64,000 bases of DNA, from positions 128,001-192,000 of the forward strand of contig JAVZCB010000001.1 in assembly GCA_038874595.1 (NCBI GenBank). Reading direction: 5' to 3'. Below, piece by piece: positions 1 through 9,435 of this stretch. The notes under the pieces were generated by a model that saw only the letters and a program-made list of their open reading frames with translations, did no database searches and was not told where the DNA came from. The DNA comes from Candidatus Micrarchaeia archaeon. Lineage in GTDB: Archaea; Micrarchaeota; Micrarchaeia; CAILAH01. The position numbers were made by a program, and so were the translations under genes. Within the stretch, counting starts at the first letter, position 1; every line of letters begins with the position of its first letter.

Positions 1-105
1 AACAGGTACTCAAAAGTTGCAAACCTGATGGAGAAGATACATGATGATATATGCGCTTTTGCCAATCTTGTACAGCGCAGGGATTCGCACAAAGATAATG
101 AGTAA
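1..105 (+). CDS. 3' end of a CDS truncated by the window edge
   Basis: Frame 1 is open from base 1 (NRYSKVANLMEKIHDD...KDNE) to TAA at 103-105. Confidence 0.5.
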   Translation, partial: NRYSKVANLMEKIHDDICAFANLVQRRDSHKDNE

Positions 106-142
106 TTTTTAGTATTTATTTCTTCTTGCTTCAATTTCTACC

Positions 143-616
143 ATGAGAATACTACCTATTGTATTTTTGCTTTTGGTAATGGGTCTTGCAGCAGCAAGCT
201 CTGTGAGCTGCGCAGCGGATGCCTACAGAAAAGCGTGTGCTTCCTGTCCATTTGATAAGAATGGCAAGATAGACCAGTCTTGTATGGGAGGGTATAAAAC
301 CGCCGGAATAAGCTGTGTAAGCACCTCTTATCCCATAATGAGCGCGAAGTACTCTGCTGGCAAATGCCCGGAAGTTGATGCGTGTGCAGCTGAATTGCAG
401 TCATGCGTCTCGCAGTATTCCACCGGTAATGACAGGGCAGACTGCCAGGAGGGCTCCGTCTCTGTGTGTTATTCCGCATCAGACCAGTGCATCAGGAGAG
501 CGGCAATCAAGTGCGGTGAGATAGAAAATGAGTGTCCGGGCTCAAGTTCAGGCATTATTATTGCAGTGCTTGGCATACTCGGTATGGCAGCTGTAAAAAG
601 GGATTTAATTAAATAG
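143..616 (+). CDS. Secreted Cys-rich protein with C-terminal membrane anchor
   Basis: N-terminal signal peptide, many Cys, C-terminal CPG + hydrophobic helix + basic tail (KR). Confidence 0.7.
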   Translation: MRILPIVFLLLVMGLAAASSVSCAADAYRKACASCPFDKNGKIDQSCMGGYKTAGISCVSTSYPIMSAKYSAGKCPEVDACAAELQSCVSQYSTGNDRADCQEGSVSVCYSASDQCIRRAAIKCGEIENECPGSSSGIIIAVLGILGMAAVKRDLIK

Positions 617-663
617 CTGTCCTTTTTTACCTTTTTAAAAAAAACTATCAATATTAATTTCAT

Positions 664-1494
664 ATGCCAGAAGCGGTGGCGCAGAAGCGCTTGGAAGAGG
701 AAGAGACTGAAGAGAAACGTGAAAAGAAGAGGCGTGCCCGTGAGAAGGCCTTTGACCAGAAGAGGGACCTGCCTGTACCAGAGCTTAAGATTGAAACACC
801 TAAAGTTGAGCAGTCAAAACCGCAGGAGGAAAAGAAATCCCAGCCGGTTGAGGCCTCCCTGAAGACGACTGTTCAGGAGCGTGATATTGTAATTGATGAC
901 AAGGGTACTCTTTCCAAAGATTACGTTGGCAAGGAAACGCTGAATTTCAAAAGAACAGAATCTTATCTTGAAGAGCAAAAACGGGAGGACCGGGAGAAAA
1001 AAGCAGCTGCCGTGTCACAGGCGATTAGGGCTAAAGAGGATGAAAATCTTAAAAGAGAAGAGTTGCGGGAGAGATTGCGCAGGGAGGAGCGTTCAGCTGA
1101 GGAAATCCGCCAGGCGAAAGAGAAGGAGCGTGTGGAGCAGGACCTAAAAAATATAGAGAAGGCACATAAAGAGAGGCGTGTAGCTGAGAAGGAAGCATTG
1201 GGCAGGGAGGAGAGGGAGGCTGTTACACGCAGGGAAAAAGTCGAGGTACAGAGGCGTGAGGTTAATGAGCATATGGAGCGCAGTAGGCGCGAGGCGGAAG
1301 AGAGGAAAAAGGATGTTGAGAGACTGAAGGAGAACCTGAACAGGCGCAAAAGAAACATAAGCAGGGAAATCGAAGCTTTGCAGAAGATTCTTTTAGGCGG
1401 TCCGTTCAGGAAAAGCCGTAAAGGGATTGCATTGAAATTTGTACGCTCACTGGATGATTTTATAAAATCGCTTTCCTCAAAGAAACGCAAATAA
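664..1494 (+). CDS. Hypothetical highly charged coiled-coil protein
   Basis: 276-aa ORF dominated by E/K/R. Confidence 0.7.
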   Translation: MPEAVAQKRLEEEETEEKREKKRRAREKAFDQKRDLPVPELKIETPKVEQSKPQEEKKSQPVEASLKTTVQERDIVIDDKGTLSKDYVGKETLNFKRTESYLEEQKREDREKKAAAVSQAIRAKEDENLKREELRERLRREERSAEEIRQAKEKERVEQDLKNIEKAHKERRVAEKEALGREEREAVTRREKVEVQRREVNEHMERSRREAEERKKDVERLKENLNRRKRNISREIEALQKILLGGPFRKSRKGIALKFVRSLDDFIKSLSSKKRK

Positions 1495-1526
1495 TTATTT
1501 AATAAATTTTGGCATAATATATTCAT

Positions 1527-2081
1527 GTGAGGAATATGCAAATCCCAACCATGCTTGAAATGCGTAAATGGAGAGAACGCCTTGGAAAAACACAGGTAGA
1601 GGTTGCGAAGGCACTTGGAATAACCCAGTCTTATCTTGCGAGGATTGAATCTGGTACGGCGAACCCCGGGTATAATCTTGTGCTAAAGATTGCTAATTTA
1701 TATTCTCAATGGGAATTTGGACCAGGTGAAACTATTACAAACAAGTATCATAAAGGTGTTGAGTATGTTGGGCCTATGGAAACAGTTGCAAAGGCGGCCT
1801 CACATATGAAGTGGAAAGGATACTCGCAGATGCCTGTAATTGAGCAGGGGAAGTGTATCGGGAGTATTAGTGAGAGTCTCATAAATAAGAAAATGCGTGA
1901 AATGAATAAAGATGAATTATATAGAATTCCTATTAAGAATATAATGGAAGCACCTTTTATGGAAGTAAACGAAGACTGCCCTCTTGCATTGGCATCAGAT
2001 ATGCTGCGCCACGTTCCACTGCTACTTGTTAAGAATGGTAATAGGTATGTAGGTGTTATTACAAAAAGCGACCTTCTTTAA
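1527..2081 (+). CDS. XRE-HTH + tandem CBS domain transcriptional regulator
   Basis: N-terminal GKTQVEVAKALGITQSYLARIESG helix-turn-helix; CBS motifs YSQMPV and VGVITKSDLL. Confidence 0.9.
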   Translation: MRNMQIPTMLEMRKWRERLGKTQVEVAKALGITQSYLARIESGTANPGYNLVLKIANLYSQWEFGPGETITNKYHKGVEYVGPMETVAKAASHMKWKGYSQMPVIEQGKCIGSISESLINKKMREMNKDELYRIPIKNIMEAPFMEVNEDCPLALASDMLRHVPLLLVKNGNRYVGVITKSDLL

Positions 2082-3793
2082 TCTGTCCTTATAAAAATCA
2101 TTTTTTCCTTGTTATCGAGAATGAAATATCCCATCCTTTCAAGCTGGACAACCTCGCCTTCTGCAATATTTTTTGCAGCCGCAGCTTCACAAACTCCCTC
2201 CACTTTCACAAGGCTTTTTTCATTCTTCTCCTCACCGTTGAATGGCTTTTCCAGATACCAGAACGTGCACGGCACAGCTGTGCGCGCATCCACCCATTGC
2301 AATTTCTTTGAATCCCTAACAATCTCTTGGCTTATTGAGACGATACACTGTGCTTCTTTTCCTTTTTGTATTTTCGTTACGTTTATGTTTTTTAGGTCTT
2401 TAAGGCGGACCAGCTCTAACTCGTGCAACTCATTAAAATCTTCCGCACTTATCAGAACCTCTTCAGAGAAAGGCACTGGGCGCGTGCCCATGTTTGCTGT
2501 TGGATGCAATCTCACTGCAAGAACACCGCTGCCTAACCCCTCTATCCTGAGCTTTCTTGGCTCTTTAACAGCATAATAATGCTTTACTATGGGCTCATAG
2601 TATTTTCGTGTTTCTGCAAAAAGTTTCTTGAGATCTGTCTCAACCTCAACCTTGCTCAGACCGAATGATGTAACATACTCCTCAATGGCTTTTGGAGGTA
2701 TTCCTCTTCTCCTGAGCCCTGCAAGCGTAACGAGGCGCGGGTCATCATAACCAGAGAAAAACCCGCTCTCTACATAAGGCTTGATATATCTCTTACTAAC
2801 AGGATACCCATCTATAGCCAGCCGTGCAAATTCATAATACTGTGGGGACCTCAGCCCGGCAAGCCTTAGTATGGTTGACTGTAGCTCGGCACGCAGTTCA
2901 AATTCTTTCGAGCGGAGCACGTGCGTTACACCAAGCAACGCATCACTTACAGATGTTTCGAAATCATATGTTGGATAAACACGATACTTTTTTCCTTGCC
3001 TGTAATGGGGCGTTTCAAGAACTCTGAACAGTGCTGGGTCACGCATTGTTGTGTTTAGTGATTTCATATCACCTTTAAGCCGCACAACCGCCTCCCCTTC
3101 TTTCATGGTGGTTTTCATCTGTTCCCATAGCGCGAGGTTTTCCTCAATACTTCTTTGCCTGCATTCACACTCCTCCCCTCTCGCGCGCTTTTCTTTTGTT
3201 GCCTCTTGGGAGCACATGCAAACATATGCATTGCCTTCGCGTAGGAGCTTTTCCATGGTTTTAATCATATCTTCAAGCATATCAGAGACAAAAAATACAC
3301 CATCTGGTTTTATTCCAAACCAAGCAATATCATTTAGTATTGAATCCACAAACTCCTGCCTGCATTTTTCAGGGTTTGTATCATCAAACTTGACATAAAA
3401 TTTCCCCTTATATGCATCACAAATTTTCTTGTTGATTATCATCGCCTTTGTATGGCCGATGTGAAGGAACCCGTTCGGCTCAGGCGCAAACCGCGTGATA
3501 ACCTGCCCTTCTGATGCCCCTTCAATCTTCCATTCGCGCTTTTCCTCACGTTTTTCTTCTACAATGCCGTAGCTGTTATACTCTTTGTCAATTTGCTCTT
3601 CGCTGAGTGTATTCACCTCATTGCAACTTTCATTTATCAATGCCATAAGCAATTTCATGTCTGATTTAGCAGATGGCATTTCTGCAATCACTTTACCAGC
3701 AACCGCTTTCGGGTCGGCCTTGCCGTAATCGTGGGCATTTTTAATTGCCAGCTTGCGTATTAACTCTTTAAGTTCCATAAGCATACCTTCCAT
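2078..3793 (-). CDS. gltX: Glutamate--tRNA ligase (archaeal type)
   Basis: RFAPEPNGFLHIGH (HIGH), DDTNP, VSKR, DDPRL; start more likely ATG 3793 or 3778 than 3841. Confidence 0.95.
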   Translation of the reverse strand: MEGMLMELKELIRKLAIKNAHDYGKADPKAVAGKVIAEMPSAKSDMKLLMALINESCNEVNTLSEEQIDKEYNSYGIVEEKREEKREWKIEGASEGQVITRFAPEPNGFLHIGHTKAMIINKKICDAYKGKFYVKFDDTNPEKCRQEFVDSILNDIAWFGIKPDGVFFVSDMLEDMIKTMEKLLREGNAYVCMCSQEATKEKRARGEECECRQRSIEENLALWEQMKTTMKEGEAVVRLKGDMKSLNTTMRDPALFRVLETPHYRQGKKYRVYPTYDFETSVSDALLGVTHVLRSKEFELRAELQSTILRLAGLRSPQYYEFARLAIDGYPVSKRYIKPYVESGFFSGYDDPRLVTLAGLRRRGIPPKAIEEYVTSFGLSKVEVETDLKKLFAETRKYYEPIVKHYYAVKEPRKLRIEGLGSGVLAVRLHPTANMGTRPVPFSEEVLISAEDFNELHELELVRLKDLKNINVTKIQKGKEAQCIVSISQEIVRDSKKLQWVDARTAVPCTFWYLEKPFNGEEKNEKSLVKVEGVCEAAAAKNIAEGEVVQLERMGYFILDNKEKMIFIRTD

Positions 3794-3800
3794 AATTTTT

Positions 3801-5141
3801 TTATCTGGCAAGGATGGATTCAAGCACACGCTCAACTGCATTATTTTTCCTAAGCTTATATGTGACCCTCACCAGTGGTGCTTTTATATCCAGAAAATCA
3901 CTTAAATTTGTGGGTGTTGCAGAAACAACTGCTGACGGCCGCGCTTTCCCAATCAGTACCTTTAGCTCTTCAATCTGCTCTCTCGAATAGCCGACCGCAG
4001 GCACGACCTTCTCAATATGCTTGTGCTGTGCGTAAATTTTTTTATACACCCCAACCGCAAACTTTGAGCCGTCAATGATACTGCAACCTTCTTTTTTTGC
4101 AACGATATACCCTATCCCGTATGGCATCTCACCATGTGTTATGGTCGGGCCGTCTTCGATCACAAGCACTCTCTTCTTCTCCGCGGCAGAAAGCTTCCGG
4201 TCCATCACAGCATCCATAGAAACACGTATTATTTTCGCGTGGGGATTCATCTCCTTTGCACGCCATTCAATCTCACGTGCGCCTTTCTTTGCATTCTCCC
4301 ACTTATTAATTGCAATCACATCCGCCATCCTGAAATTTACTTCCCCAGGATGATATGCAATCTCATGACCGGCGCGCATCGCATCAGCCACAGTTATCAT
4401 AATATCAGGCCTGAAGAAAGGATAATCATTATTGCCACCATCCCAGATAATAACATCCGCTTCCTTTTCTGCGTTGCGCAATACCCTCTCATAATCAATG
4501 CCTGCATACACTATGAAACCGTTGCGTATGTGCCTTTCATAATCCTCCCTTTCCTCAATAGTACAGCCGTGCGCATCAAGGTCGTTAAGCGATGAGTACC
4601 TTTGCACAGCTTTCTTCTCAAGTTCACCATACGGCATAGGATGCCTTACAATTACTGTCCTGAATCCTTTTTTCCTGAGCCATTGGCTTACATATTCGGT
4701 CATCGGGCTTTTGCCGGCACCAGTCCGAGTCGCACACACTGCAATAACTTTCTTTTGGCTTTTTAGCATTGTCGCGTTTGGGCCCAATAGTATGAAAGAT
4801 GCACCAGCTGCAAGCACACGCGATGCAATGTGCATCACAGCGTTATGGCTCAGGTCTGAATAAGAGAGGCACGCAAGGTCAACACTCTTCTCTCTTATTA
4901 TTTTTTCTAGGTCACTCTCTTTGTATATTGGTATCCCGTGCGGGTACAATTTCCCTGCAAGTGACGAAGGATACATGTCAAGCTGGACTGGGAGCTGATC
5001 GGCTAATGTGAACCCAACAACCTCATATCCTATCTTATCCCTGAAATACACATTGAAATTGTGGAAGTCCCTCCCGGCGGCACCTAATATGAGAACACGC
5101 CTTCTTTTCAGCACGCGGTTAATGATTTGCATATGTGTCAT
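3801..5141 (-). CDS. Cyclic 2,3-diphosphoglycerate synthetase-like P-loop GTPase (COG2403-like)
   Basis: GAAGRDFHNFN, RTGAGKS P-loop, RHPMPYG, TIEEREDYE, WDGGNND, EDGPTITHG. Confidence 0.85.
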   Translation of the reverse strand: MTHMQIINRVLKRRRVLILGAAGRDFHNFNVYFRDKIGYEVVGFTLADQLPVQLDMYPSSLAGKLYPHGIPIYKESDLEKIIREKSVDLACLSYSDLSHNAVMHIASRVLAAGASFILLGPNATMLKSQKKVIAVCATRTGAGKSPMTEYVSQWLRKKGFRTVIVRHPMPYGELEKKAVQRYSSLNDLDAHGCTIEEREDYERHIRNGFIVYAGIDYERVLRNAEKEADVIIWDGGNNDYPFFRPDIMITVADAMRAGHEIAYHPGEVNFRMADVIAINKWENAKKGAREIEWRAKEMNPHAKIIRVSMDAVMDRKLSAAEKKRVLVIEDGPTITHGEMPYGIGYIVAKKEGCSIIDGSKFAVGVYKKIYAQHKHIEKVVPAVGYSREQIEELKVLIGKARPSAVVSATPTNLSDFLDIKAPLVRVTYKLRKNNAVERVLESILAR

Positions 5142-5171
5142 GCTTTTTAATTTTCCCCTAAAACTTATATT

Positions 5172-6428
5172 ATGTATGACTTAATGCGGCCGATACAGGA
5201 TAACTTTTACATGTCTGAAGGCATAATCAGGTACTCGCTTATCAGGGGCCACGCAGTCCCTTCAATATCACCTTCAGTACACTATGCAAGTGGGCTTTTT
5301 GAGGGGATGAGCATCATCGCACTGCGCAACGGCCCTCGGCTTAAATTAGGCTTATTCCATCCAGCACTTAACTTTGAGCGGCTTAGGCATAACTTGAAAG
5401 GGCTTGGTTATGATTGGGAGCTTTACAGTGATGAGCAGATAATAGAGAGCATATTTACAATATGTGCACTGAACAGCTGGAACAATGTGATTGAGCTTGA
5501 AGGTGCCAACACTGTTATAAGCAGTGGGGACAAAGAATACCAGCGGATTTATGTACGCCCTCTTGTATACTCAAACTACAATGGGATAGGGATCGTTGAG
5601 CCCAGAAATATTGAATTGATGCTTAACCTTGCACCTATGGGTGAGTATATACCTTGCTCAGACCCGGCGGGCACAACTGCCCTGCTATACCCGCAGCCGC
5701 GTTATTTGGCATTCCCGCAGTTCAAAGTATCAAGCAACTACCAGCTGTCAATTCATGCAAAAACGATGCTCACTGCATATAATAAAACAAATGACCTCAA
5801 ATGCGAGGAGGTAGTGTTCCAGAATACAAAAGGCAATCTTACCGAGGGTACAGGTGAAAACTTAGTGCTTCTCAAAGATAATGAGCTCATTACTCCGCCT
5901 CCAAGTGAAGGTGCACTACCAGGTATAACTTATCGCATAGTATTCCTAATAGCAAACGAGTTAGGAACAAAGGCGCGGTTTGGAACTTTTAAGTACAGTG
6001 ATATAGAGTCTGCGGATGCGCTGTTTTTCACAGGCAATGCGGCCGGCATTGTCCCTATAAAGAGGATTGTGCGTGTTGATAGCAAGTACTCAACACTTGA
6101 TTATATGGATTGCAAGGAGGGCGGGAAAAATAATCTGATGTCCAAGCTTAAATCAGAGTACAACCGCGTTCTTCTTGGTGATACTGCCTATGGGAGCTTT
6201 TTCACTTATCTTGATGAGTGGCTTGATGAGAACAGGTTGGCAGAATTAAACGATCTAGGGTTAGAATTCAAGAGGCGGCTCACTGAAGAGAACCGTAGGT
6301 ATGATGGCACAAACAGCAGCGTGCTTTCTTTTATGGAAATCACACCAAGAATTGCAGTTGAACGGAAATATTTTGATGACAAGAAATGGATGATTGAACG
6401 CCTTGGAATACGTAATTTTCTCAAATGA
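5172..6428 (+). CDS. PLP-dependent class IV aminotransferase (branched-chain amino acid aminotransferase-like)
   Basis: HYASGLFEG, YVRP, catalytic Lys in KVSSNY, EGTGEN, LPGIT, TGNAAG. Confidence 0.85.
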   Translation: MYDLMRPIQDNFYMSEGIIRYSLIRGHAVPSISPSVHYASGLFEGMSIIALRNGPRLKLGLFHPALNFERLRHNLKGLGYDWELYSDEQIIESIFTICALNSWNNVIELEGANTVISSGDKEYQRIYVRPLVYSNYNGIGIVEPRNIELMLNLAPMGEYIPCSDPAGTTALLYPQPRYLAFPQFKVSSNYQLSIHAKTMLTAYNKTNDLKCEEVVFQNTKGNLTEGTGENLVLLKDNELITPPPSEGALPGITYRIVFLIANELGTKARFGTFKYSDIESADALFFTGNAAGIVPIKRIVRVDSKYSTLDYMDCKEGGKNNLMSKLKSEYNRVLLGDTAYGSFFTYLDEWLDENRLAELNDLGLEFKRRLTEENRRYDGTNSSVLSFMEITPRIAVERKYFDDKKWMIERLGIRNFLK

Positions 6429-6474
6429 TGATTCTTCTTTTTATAGGTAATTATAGAGAAAATTATAGAAAAAA

Positions 6475-6689
6475 TGCGGCCGCCGGGATTTTCACACAGC
6501 TTTCTTTGGAATGCCTAAGAAAGCTGGCAAAGAAGACTCAATTGTTTCTTTTTGCCAACTTTAATCATCCAAGGAAATGGCTGCTTTGAACCCGGATCAT
6601 AAGCTTTCTTTTTTCTGGCGCCGCTCTTTAGGCACCCCGAAAGAGCGGCTTGGAAGGCTCATGTCCTAACCAGGTTAGACTACGGCCGC
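6475..6689 (-). tRNA. tRNA-Gly(TCC) with two introns (37/38: 6606-6650, 45 nt; 59/60 in T-loop: 6489-6584, 96 nt)
   Basis: Exons 6651-6689, 6585-6605 and 6475-6488 join into a cloverleaf: acceptor GCGGCCG/CGGCCGC, anticodon stem TGAGC/GCTTA around CT-TCC-AA, T arm CCGGG-TTCAAAT-CCCGG. T-loop intron has a BHB (TTCA/TGAA helix, AAG/AAT bulges). Confidence 0.92.
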
Positions 6690-6803
6690 ACGAGGAGTAT
6701 TTAATTTCCAAAGTATTAAAAAACCAAACTTTATTCGCATGAATTCTGGAAATGAAGAGATTAGAAGGAGAGAGGTGGGCGAAGCCCCCTTCCTCTCCTC
6801 TTA

Positions 6804-7074
6804 TGGGGCTGCCCAGATTTCCACGCCTCTTCTCGTGCAGATTTTTTTATCCTGCAAAGAGAGGGCTTTGAACTGGGGTCTCCAACTTATCCGAAGAGAT
6901 AAATCTCTTCAACCCATCCCAGAGGTTGAGAAGGGAGGGGCTCTGCCTCACCCATGAAGATCCACTTTGTTGTGGATACATCTCAACACCCCGAAGGGGT
7001 TGGGTTGAGAAGGGAGGGGCTCTGCCCCACCCTTCTCCCGAAGCTGGAAGCATACCAGGCTAGCCCACAGCCCC
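6804..7074 (-). tRNA. tRNA-Pro(CGG) with two introns (37/38: 6888-7036, 149 nt; 59/60: 6818-6866, 49 nt)
   Basis: Exons 7037-7074, 6867-6887 and 6804-6817: acceptor GGGGCTG/CAGCCCC, anticodon arm CCAGC-TTCGGGA-GTTGG, T arm CCCAG-TTCAAAT-CTGGG; BHB central helices TTCG/CGGA and TTCA/TGGA. Confidence 0.92.
6924..7032. repeat. 30-bp direct repeat (2 copies) inside the tRNA-Pro anticodon intron
   Basis: ggttgagaagggaggggctctgcc(t/c)caccc at 6924-6953 and 7003-7032, 29/30 identical. Confidence 0.95.
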
Positions 7075-7111
7075 ATGCTTATTACTAGCTCACCAATTTC
7101 CTCGCAACGTT

Positions 7112-8482
7112 TTAGAGGGATTGATGCGCACCATACATCTCAATATCCTTTTTTATATCCTTAGATTTAGCGATTATACTTTTTAAATAGTTTGACCTTT
7201 TTGCAATCTCATCATAGATTTTATTTTCTCCTACACCATTTGCAAACGCAATCTCCTCGATTATGCGCGACTTTGCAGGTGTACGCACAACAGTATCCTT
7301 TTTTGGGTCGTACAAGTACAAATGCCGTATCATTATGGAGCCACGGCTCTCAGCCAGCTCGCACACTTCAACGACTTTCCTAACCTCACGCACCTTCCCA
7401 TCACCATTAAATTTAAGGAACCTTCTTTGAACAATCACTAAGTCAATCGCATTAAAATCAGAGGGCATAACTTCATTGTAACGCAAACGGGATACAAGCT
7501 CTTTTGCACTATGCGCGTGCATAGTTGCATAACAGCCGCGGGCCTGGCCAGCATTCATGCTTTCAATCATTGCAAGTATCTCTTCTTTAGAGCGCACTTC
7601 ACCTATGATCACTCTATCTGGCCGCATACGGAGACTATCCTCTATCAGGTCTTTCATCTCAATCCCGAGCTGTGGGTTGGTCTTCATTTTGACCTGATGT
7701 TTATGCGGTATTACTATCTCAGGTGTTTCTTCAAGGAGTATTATACGCTCACTTGGCGGTACAAAGGAGAACAGCGCATTCAACGTGGTAGTTTTACCCG
7801 CAGCTGTATTGCCGCAAATTATTACATTTTTATCATTCTGGAAAACTGTCCATAAGAATGCGAGCAGGTCATAATTGTATCCAGTTTTAATCAGCTCACG
7901 TATAGTCAGGGGCGTTTTCTTGAACTTCCTGATTGTAAGCTCAAGGTCAGACACAGGCTCTATGGTTGCGTGCAATCTTGAGCCATCCGGCAGCACAGCA
8001 TTAAGCCGTGGATTCTGCAATGTTATTCGCCTACCAATTGTCCTGGACATTTTATTGATTATATCGATAATTGCTTCCCGCTCGATGAACATTACATTAG
8101 TATCAAGCCATCCCTTTTCACGGTGGAATACAAATATTGGATTATCAAGACCTACAACCGCGATCTCCTCAAGCTCTTCATCTTCAAGCAAGTATGTAAT
8201 CGGTCCGAACGCATACGTTGCAAGGTACGCCGCATCGGTAAGGTATGTTATCTGGTCTTCATCAGCACGAATATTATTTCTCTGCAGGTTTTGAATCAGA
8301 AGCTTGTTAACAATCTTTTTAGCTGCGGCACCATTCTCAATAACTTCATCTTTAACGGTATCGCTGAATTCCTTGCATACATTGTTTATTACATCTATCT
8401 CTTCAAGGCTTAGCTTCTGGACCGGAATTTTATACTGCCCACCGTCAATTACTTTCCATCCAATCCAAGACATTACGTACAC
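7112..8482 (-). CDS. Type II/IV secretion / pilus assembly ATPase (VirB11/CpaF/TadA family)
   Basis: LPDGSRLHA, TIRKF, Walker A GNTAAGKTT, EETPE, LRMRPDRVIIGEVR, ATMHA. Confidence 0.92.
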   Translation of the reverse strand: MYVMSWIGWKVIDGGQYKIPVQKLSLEEIDVINNVCKEFSDTVKDEVIENGAAAKKIVNKLLIQNLQRNNIRADEDQITYLTDAAYLATYAFGPITYLLEDEELEEIAVVGLDNPIFVFHREKGWLDTNVMFIEREAIIDIINKMSRTIGRRITLQNPRLNAVLPDGSRLHATIEPVSDLELTIRKFKKTPLTIRELIKTGYNYDLLAFLWTVFQNDKNVIICGNTAAGKTTTLNALFSFVPPSERIILLEETPEIVIPHKHQVKMKTNPQLGIEMKDLIEDSLRMRPDRVIIGEVRSKEEILAMIESMNAGQARGCYATMHAHSAKELVSRLRYNEVMPSDFNAIDLVIVQRRFLKFNGDGKVREVRKVVEVCELAESRGSIMIRHLYLYDPKKDTVVRTPAKSRIIEEIAFANGVGENKIYDEIAKRSNYLKSIIAKSKDIKKDIEMYGAHQSL

Positions 8483-8487
8483 CTATG

Positions 8488-9267
8488 CTATTTTCCAAAT
8501 CTTCGTTCCCTTTTTGAATATTCTTTAAGTATCTTCTCAAAATCTTCCTTTGAGAAATCTGGCCAATACTTATCAACAAAGAACAGCTCACTGTAAGCAC
8601 TCTGTAGAGGAAGCAATCCTGAGAGCCGGTATTCACCGGAAGTACGGATAATCAGGTCAGGAGGCTGCAAATCGCCGGTCCACAGGCGTTTCATAATCTC
8701 TTCCTCATTTATCTCAGTGATTATACCTTTTTTGTAGTCCTCTGCAACTTTATGTATACAATCAATAATCTCAGGCTTACCCCCATAATTCAGCAGGAAA
8801 TTGACACGATACTCCCCATTTTTTGAGGATTCCTTCTCGGCCCTTTTTATATACTCTTGCAGACGCTGTGGCAAATCATCAATCATCCCATAGAACTTTA
8901 TACTCACTTTTGGGTACTTACTTTCGTTTCCAGCCTCTTTTTCTTTCTGTGCGCGCTGTAGTATCTCCATAAGCTTTGTTTCAAACAGGCGCATCAGGCC
9001 CTCGACCTCTTCATTTGTCCTGTTTTTATTTTCAGTTGAGAACCCCCAAAAAGTTGCTGTATGTATGTTATGCTCTTTGCACCATTTAAGCACTTCACCA
9101 ATTAATTCAATACCTGCCTCATGCCCTTTAATTACATCTAACCCACGTTGTTTAGCCCACCTGCGGTTGCCATCTGGGATGAAAGCAATATGATCCGGTG
9201 TTTTTACTTCAGTATTCCCAGTTTTGCCAACTGGTTGTGAGTGTGCAGTGGACGTAATATATATCAC
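8488..9267 (-). CDS. uppS: cis-prenyltransferase (polyprenyl diphosphate synthase)
   Basis: HIAFIPDGNRRWA, FSTEN, NYGG, PDLIIRTSGEYRLS, RRFGK. Confidence 0.95.
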   Translation of the reverse strand: MIYITSTAHSQPVGKTGNTEVKTPDHIAFIPDGNRRWAKQRGLDVIKGHEAGIELIGEVLKWCKEHNIHTATFWGFSTENKNRTNEEVEGLMRLFETKLMEILQRAQKEKEAGNESKYPKVSIKFYGMIDDLPQRLQEYIKRAEKESSKNGEYRVNFLLNYGGKPEIIDCIHKVAEDYKKGIITEINEEEIMKRLWTGDLQPPDLIIRTSGEYRLSGLLPLQSAYSELFFVDKYWPDFSKEDFEKILKEYSKRERRFGK

Positions 9268-9435
9268 CCTCTCTTCTTAAACCAACATTCCAATTATTAC
9301 CAGCTGTTACTGGAAGATATATGTACTTTATACAGGTGTGCTTTTTTAACTCTTTGATTGCCCGAGATGCGGTATGATTTAAACGCTTGTTGCAATAATA
9401 TTACCATTTATGAACTGCAACCCTTGTATACCTAC

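Noticed and set aside
6489-7036. Box C/D guide RNAs inside the tRNA introns
   Set aside because: No convincing RUGAUGA/CUGA pair found by eye; only partial matches
6739-7053. ORFs 6739-6957(+) and 6847-7053(-)
   Set aside because: They lie over the tRNA-Pro gene and its introns
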